Positions 60,442 to 64,000 of a DNA stretch of 64,000 nucleotides are shown piece by piece (positions within the stretch are counted from its first letter, which is position 1; the number at the start of each line of letters is the position of its first letter). The DNA comes from Kiritimatiellia bacterium (GTDB taxonomy: Bacteria; Verrucomicrobiota; Kiritimatiellia; RFP12; DVOR01): contig JAFXKZ010000002.1 of assembly GCA_017531445.1 (NCBI GenBank), positions 201,286 to 265,285 of the forward strand, read 5' to 3'. The notes under the pieces were generated by a model. That model saw nothing but the letters and a program-made list of their open reading frames with translations, made no database searches and was not told the origin of the DNA. The translations under genes and the position numbers were made by a program.

Positions 60442-61542
60442 TCAGGCGGTATGATGTGTGCGTGCTTGCCACCAACGGATGATTCGCAGGAAAAGTCCAT
60501 AGACAAAGAGAAAGATTACCGGTAGAGAAACAAGCCCTTGCAAGGTTGCATTATGAACATGTTGATGCGTAAATGCCGTTGCCGCAGCAGGTGAGAGTTG
60601 CAATTGAAAGAGAAGATCAATTACTAACGCGAAAATAAGGCCACATCCGATAATAGCCAGAAGATAGAGAAAAACCGTGCGCCATCCGAGTGCTTTTCCG
60701 AGAATAAGCACAGCACCAAGGTGCGTAGTCGGCGCACAGGTCATGAAAAGAAACGCAGCGCCTGGAGAAAGACCGCCTGCAATCAATCCGGCAGCGATGG
60801 GAACAATCGCAAGCGAACAGGCATATGTCGGCAATCCGATGAGAATCGCCAGGCCATAGGCCAACCAAAGCGGTGTCTCTGTCAAAAGGTTGGCCGGCAT
60901 GAACGTTGCTATCACTGCTGCGATAAGAATGCCCACCAGAAGGAAAGGGGCGATCTCCCCCGGAAGATGGATGAAGGCATAATGAAAGGCATCTTGCAAT
61001 CGTTTTTTACGTGTGGTGAATTCGTGGTGATGCATTTCACCATGGTTGTGAGGGTGTTGATGATCGTGATGATGGCAGGCACAGACAGCTGCGCATTCTT
61101 CCTGCAGATGTTCAGTTTCTTGAGCGGGAGGTTGTGCAATGCCGAACCAACGTACGAGCGCACCGGCGGCAAGTCCGGAGAAAAATGCTCCTAAAAACCG
61201 AAGCAGGGTAAAGAGCGGACCGAGCAACGGAAGCGAGACAAGAAGTGCGTCTGTCCCGGATTGCGGCGTAGAGGCCAGAAAGGCACACACCGGTGCTTTT
61301 CTGGCTCCGCTGCGTCTGAGTGCCAAAGCCACCAGCAAAACGCCGCAGGAACAAACCGGTAAAGGCAAGCCCATCACGGAAGCTTTTAGAACCGGTATCC
61401 AGCCCGCACCACCCAAGTGCTTGCGAATCCAACGTTCGGAAAGGAAATAGGAGCACAGAAATGCCAGAAAAAAGCCTGCCAAAAGCCAAGGCGACATTTC
61501 TAACCAGAGATCGTAAAAATGATGTAGGAAGTGGTGAAGCAT
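60442..61542 (-). CDS. Metal-ion permease of the DUF318/ArsP-like (SO_0444-type) family with a His-rich loop
   Basis: ATG 61542 (MLHHFLHHFYDLW), after trimming 77 codons that overlap the murC-like gene. Signature LPLPVCSCGVLLVA. Cytoplasmic loop CACHHHDHQHPHNHGEMHHHE. About 8-10 TM segments. Confidence 0.65.
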   Translation of the reverse strand: MLHHFLHHFYDLWLEMSPWLLAGFFLAFLCSYFLSERWIRKHLGGAGWIPVLKASVMGLPLPVCSCGVLLVALALRRSGARKAPVCAFLASTPQSGTDALLVSLPLLGPLFTLLRFLGAFFSGLAAGALVRWFGIAQPPAQETEHLQEECAAVCACHHHDHQHPHNHGEMHHHEFTTRKKRLQDAFHYAFIHLPGEIAPFLLVGILIAAVIATFMPANLLTETPLWLAYGLAILIGLPTYACSLAIVPIAAGLIAGGLSPGAAFLFMTCAPTTHLGAVLILGKALGWRTVFLYLLAIIGCGLIFALVIDLLFQLQLSPAAATAFTHQHVHNATLQGLVSLPVIFLFVYGLFLRIIRWWQARTHHTA

Positions 61543-61558
61543 CGGTTCAAAATCGGTA

Positions 61559-62866
61559 TCAGTTATTTGAAAGCGAGCCGAGCCGTTTTGCCAATTGCGG
61601 CAAACCGGGATCACGTGCCCCAAAGATGGCAAGCGCGGTATCCGGAACAGCGAATAAGCGTAAGAGACGTTCGGCCTCCGCGAGATCTGCAACTTGACGT
61701 ACCGGACATTTCCCATCAAGTCGTTGAAATAGCGCATCACTGTTGATTGAGCGGTCGGCAGTGCCTCCGGCATCGTAAACAGGCAAGAGCAGGAGCTGAT
61801 CGCAAGGACGCACCACCGAAGCGAACATCTCCGCCAAGCCTGTCAACATTTTACGTAAAGGCGCATACCCGTGTGGTCGCCAAACACCAAAGACGCCCTT
61901 TGGGAAAACTTGTGTGAGCGTCGTCCATGCGGCAGCTAATTTTTCAATATTATGGGCATAATCATCAATTACGCAGGCCCCATTACAGATTCCGGTTCGT
62001 TCAAGACGTCGGCGGATTCCGCGAAAAGTGGAGAGAGCCGCCACCAAATCAGTTTCATTACACCCCAAAGCTTTTGCCATTTCAAGAGCAACTTTAATGT
62101 TGGCGACGTTGTGTGCGCCGGGCATCGGCAAACAACACGTATGTCCACGCCAAACAAATCGCGCTTCCCAGCCATTGCTTTCCGGAACAGGCTCGGGAGG
62201 ATTCCCACGGGCATCAATTACGATGCCGCTGGCTTTTTCGCGAAAAGCATCGAAAAGGGCTTCTGCTTCTGCTTTCGGGAAATGATCGCCGGAGGCATTG
62301 GTAATAATGACATCTGTTGGAACAAGTGCCATAAGTGAGCGATCCGACTCATCAGCCTCGGCAATAAAATAGCCCGTCTGCTGGGAGGAAGTACGGACAG
62401 AGCCAATACGTGCACCATTCATATCAAGACCGGAGATCTCTGCGCCGTTGACGATGGAAGGATCTTTTCCGCAAAACGTGAGGAGATGACCGAGCATTGC
62501 CGTCACAGAGGATTTACCGCACGTTCCTGTAATTGCGATAAAACGATGCCCTTTGGAGAGTTCGGCGAGAGCTTCACTCCGATGTAACAGCGGCACGTTC
62601 AATTCCCGCGCTTTCACATAATCGGGGTTATCCTGCTCAATCGCTGTCGAGTAAACCACCGTTGTTGACGCATCAATACCGCTTCCATCCTGTGGAAAAA
62701 GCAAGATATTTTGATTGCGTAGCGTTTCAAGAACTGGCGTGCTCTGCTCTGCAGAGAGGAGGCGATCAGATCCGCTCACGCGATAATTACGATCTGCAAA
62801 TGCTTGGGCCAGGGCACTCATCCCTACGCCTCCAATACCGATAAAATGAATATGAGGTTGCATCAC
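61559..62866 (-). CDS. Mur ligase family protein (MurC-like UDP-N-acetylmuramate--L-alanine ligase; Mpl not excluded)
   Basis: IHFIGIGGVGMSALAQAFADRNYRVSGSD, P-loop ITGTCGKSSVTAML, DDYAHNIEKL. 435 aa. Confidence 0.7.
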   Translation of the reverse strand: MMQPHIHFIGIGGVGMSALAQAFADRNYRVSGSDRLLSAEQSTPVLETLRNQNILLFPQDGSGIDASTTVVYSTAIEQDNPDYVKARELNVPLLHRSEALAELSKGHRFIAITGTCGKSSVTAMLGHLLTFCGKDPSIVNGAEISGLDMNGARIGSVRTSSQQTGYFIAEADESDRSLMALVPTDVIITNASGDHFPKAEAEALFDAFREKASGIVIDARGNPPEPVPESNGWEARFVWRGHTCCLPMPGAHNVANIKVALEMAKALGCNETDLVAALSTFRGIRRRLERTGICNGACVIDDYAHNIEKLAAAWTTLTQVFPKGVFGVWRPHGYAPLRKMLTGLAEMFASVVRPCDQLLLLPVYDAGGTADRSINSDALFQRLDGKCPVRQVADLAEAERLLRLFAVPDTALAIFGARDPGLPQLAKRLGSLSNN

Positions 62867-62878
62867 TACGAATAAGAT

Positions 62879-64000
62879 TTAGCGGAGTTGAAAACGGAAG
62901 CCGGAAGCGGGCAAAGCGTAAGTAGCCGTGATTGTGACGGCATCTGTCGCAGACTCATTAAAGGTGATTGTTCCGAGATCAGGATCCACCGTTGCCGCAG
63001 AAGCGGGCGAAACGGAAAGGCTTTTCAGCATTACGCCGGGCGTTTTCGGGTAAACTTTGATCGTTGTTCCCGGGAAAGCTGTTGCAGGACCAAGAATTTC
63101 GCCGTTGTAATCCAACGCAATTTCGGCAAGCAGATCAGAAAAAGTCGCCGCCAAAGAGGTTGCCGCTGTAATCGTGATTGTTTGCGGCATAGAAGTATAG
63201 GTCTTTGTGGTTGTTCCGGTTTTTACAGTCCATCCCAGAAATTTACATCCGGGTTTGACTTGCTCTTTCAAAGTAATTTTCTGCCCGGTTAACACGGGAA
63301 ACGTCTTATTCAAGTTTGACACGGTAACATTGTAGCGGACCGGAACCGTGATTGCTGCGCGGATAGCCCCGGGGCGATTAAGCGTAGTTTCCTCTTTAGT
63401 AGAGAGGTTACACAACGTGAAGGCATTCCAATGACATCCACCAAAAAGATGCGTTGCATCATTTGCAAATGTTTCTGCCGCATTGCCCCAAAGGTCATAA
63501 AAACCGAAAGGATCTACCTCCTGTGAACCGCTTGGCAATAAGCCTTTTTGGTCTTCCTCGCTGTTAACCATTGAAGACGTAATTTTCGGATCGCCATAGG
63601 TTCCGGTATTGTTAAGGGCTCCCGTACTGATGTTTTCGATTTGTGATTGAGTCGGCTTAGCAAATGTTACGCCAAAAAGAGCATTGAGTTTGTTTAGAAA
63701 CGTATCGGCTTCACTGCGGGTGCTTGCATACGTTGCATGAGGCAAAAGACTCGTTGTCGTTGTCTTTTGGTTGACTACCGTGTCGTACTGAGCTTCTGTT
63801 ACTTCATGAATACCGACATAATAAGGTTGTCCACTGGCGGGTGTCACACGTTTTAGCACCAGAGCTTTTGAACGATTCTCTTCCGAATTAGCCGTTTCCT
63901 TTGTCACCGAAACAAGATCCATAGCCTTTGTTGCAAAGACAAATTGTGCATAGTCAGAAGCCGCCACCTGCGTACCGTAATATTTGAAGCTGTTCTTTGA
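62879..64000 (-). CDS. FGE/SUMF1-like domain protein with C-terminal InlB-B-repeat-like modules (5' end beyond the window)
   Basis: The frame stays open to the window edge (upstream reads SKNSFKYYGTQV...). DPFGFYDLWGNAAETFANDATHLFGGCHWN resembles the C-terminal FGE-sulfatase motif. PGCKFLGWTVKTG...TITAATSLAATF resembles B-repeat modules. Confidence 0.5.
   Translation of the reverse strand, partial: SKNSFKYYGTQVAASDYAQFVFATKAMDLVSVTKETANSEENRSKALVLKRVTPASGQPYYVGIHEVTEAQYDTVVNQKTTTTSLLPHATYASTRSEADTFLNKLNALFGVTFAKPTQSQIENISTGALNNTGTYGDPKITSSMVNSEEDQKGLLPSGSQEVDPFGFYDLWGNAAETFANDATHLFGGCHWNAFTLCNLSTKEETTLNRPGAIRAAITVPVRYNVTVSNLNKTFPVLTGQKITLKEQVKPGCKFLGWTVKTGTTTKTYTSMPQTITITAATSLAATFSDLLAEIALDYNGEILGPATAFPGTTIKVYPKTPGVMLKSLSVSPASAATVDPDLGTITFNESATDAVTITATYALPASGFRFQLR

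Noticed and set aside
61543-61773. 77-codon N-terminal extension of the permease ORF
   Set aside because: It overlaps the 3' end of the murC-like gene. The hydrophobic permease core begins right after the Met at 61542, which lies 16 nt downstream of the murC-like stop.
1-64000. Scan for tRNA, rRNA, tmRNA, RNase P, SRP RNA, transposase, integrase, or defence-system genes (restriction-modification, CBASS, retron and similar)
   Set aside because: No conserved cores (for example GGTTCGAATCC T-loops or rRNA helices) were recognised in the non-coding gaps, and no ORF in the track shows the corresponding protein motifs. This absence is by eye only and should be confirmed with tRNAscan-SE, Infernal and DefenseFinder.

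Overview
This is a 64-kb chromosomal window from a Gram-negative-type bacterium. The domain content (PATR-type beta-strand repeats, divergent InlB-B-repeat modules, an FGE/SUMF1-like domain and a giant beta-helical surface protein) hints at a PVC-group organism such as Verrucomicrobiota, Lentisphaerota or Kiritimatiellota, but that is low-confidence inference. The genes fall into four strand blocks. Plus strand, 0-13.4 kb: an FHA/PEGA pair, tatD, an rmlD-like gene, gpmI, an M24 peptidase, folE, thiC, prfB and a eukaryote-type UDP-sugar pyrophosphorylase. Minus strand, 13.5-20.4 kb: an ACP / KAS III / ACP / FkbH-like / glycosyltransferase cassette, then thrB and rpsA. Plus strand, 21.2-50.9 kb: a Na/Pi cotransporter, a 1340-aa secreted multidomain protein, and a 7971-aa giant surface protein that fills about 37 percent of the window. 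Minus strand, 51.2-64 kb: a phosphoribosyltransferase, two membrane proteins, rlmN, recR, ybaB, dnaX, htpG, bioB, a His-rich metal permease, a murC-like ligase and a partial FGE-like gene. I saw no rRNA, tRNA, CRISPR array, intact transposase or recognisable defence gene. Four things deserve a second look. (1) The two-gene locus of a 1340-aa secreted protein (degenerate thioredoxin-like, putative transglutaminase-like Cys/His/Asp and discoidin domains) followed by the 7971-aa modular giant, which has PATR repeats but no recognisable anchor or translocator. (2) A four-copy family of about 60-100 nt structured extragenic elements built from GGCGA/TCGCC boxes, found only in the largest non-coding gaps. 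(3) A compact FkbH-like / ACP / KAS III / ACP cassette next to a glycosyltransferase. (4) A recurrent TGnTAtAaT extended -10 motif at a fixed distance from several start codons. All calls come from reading the sequence and the ORF track by eye; no database searches were run.
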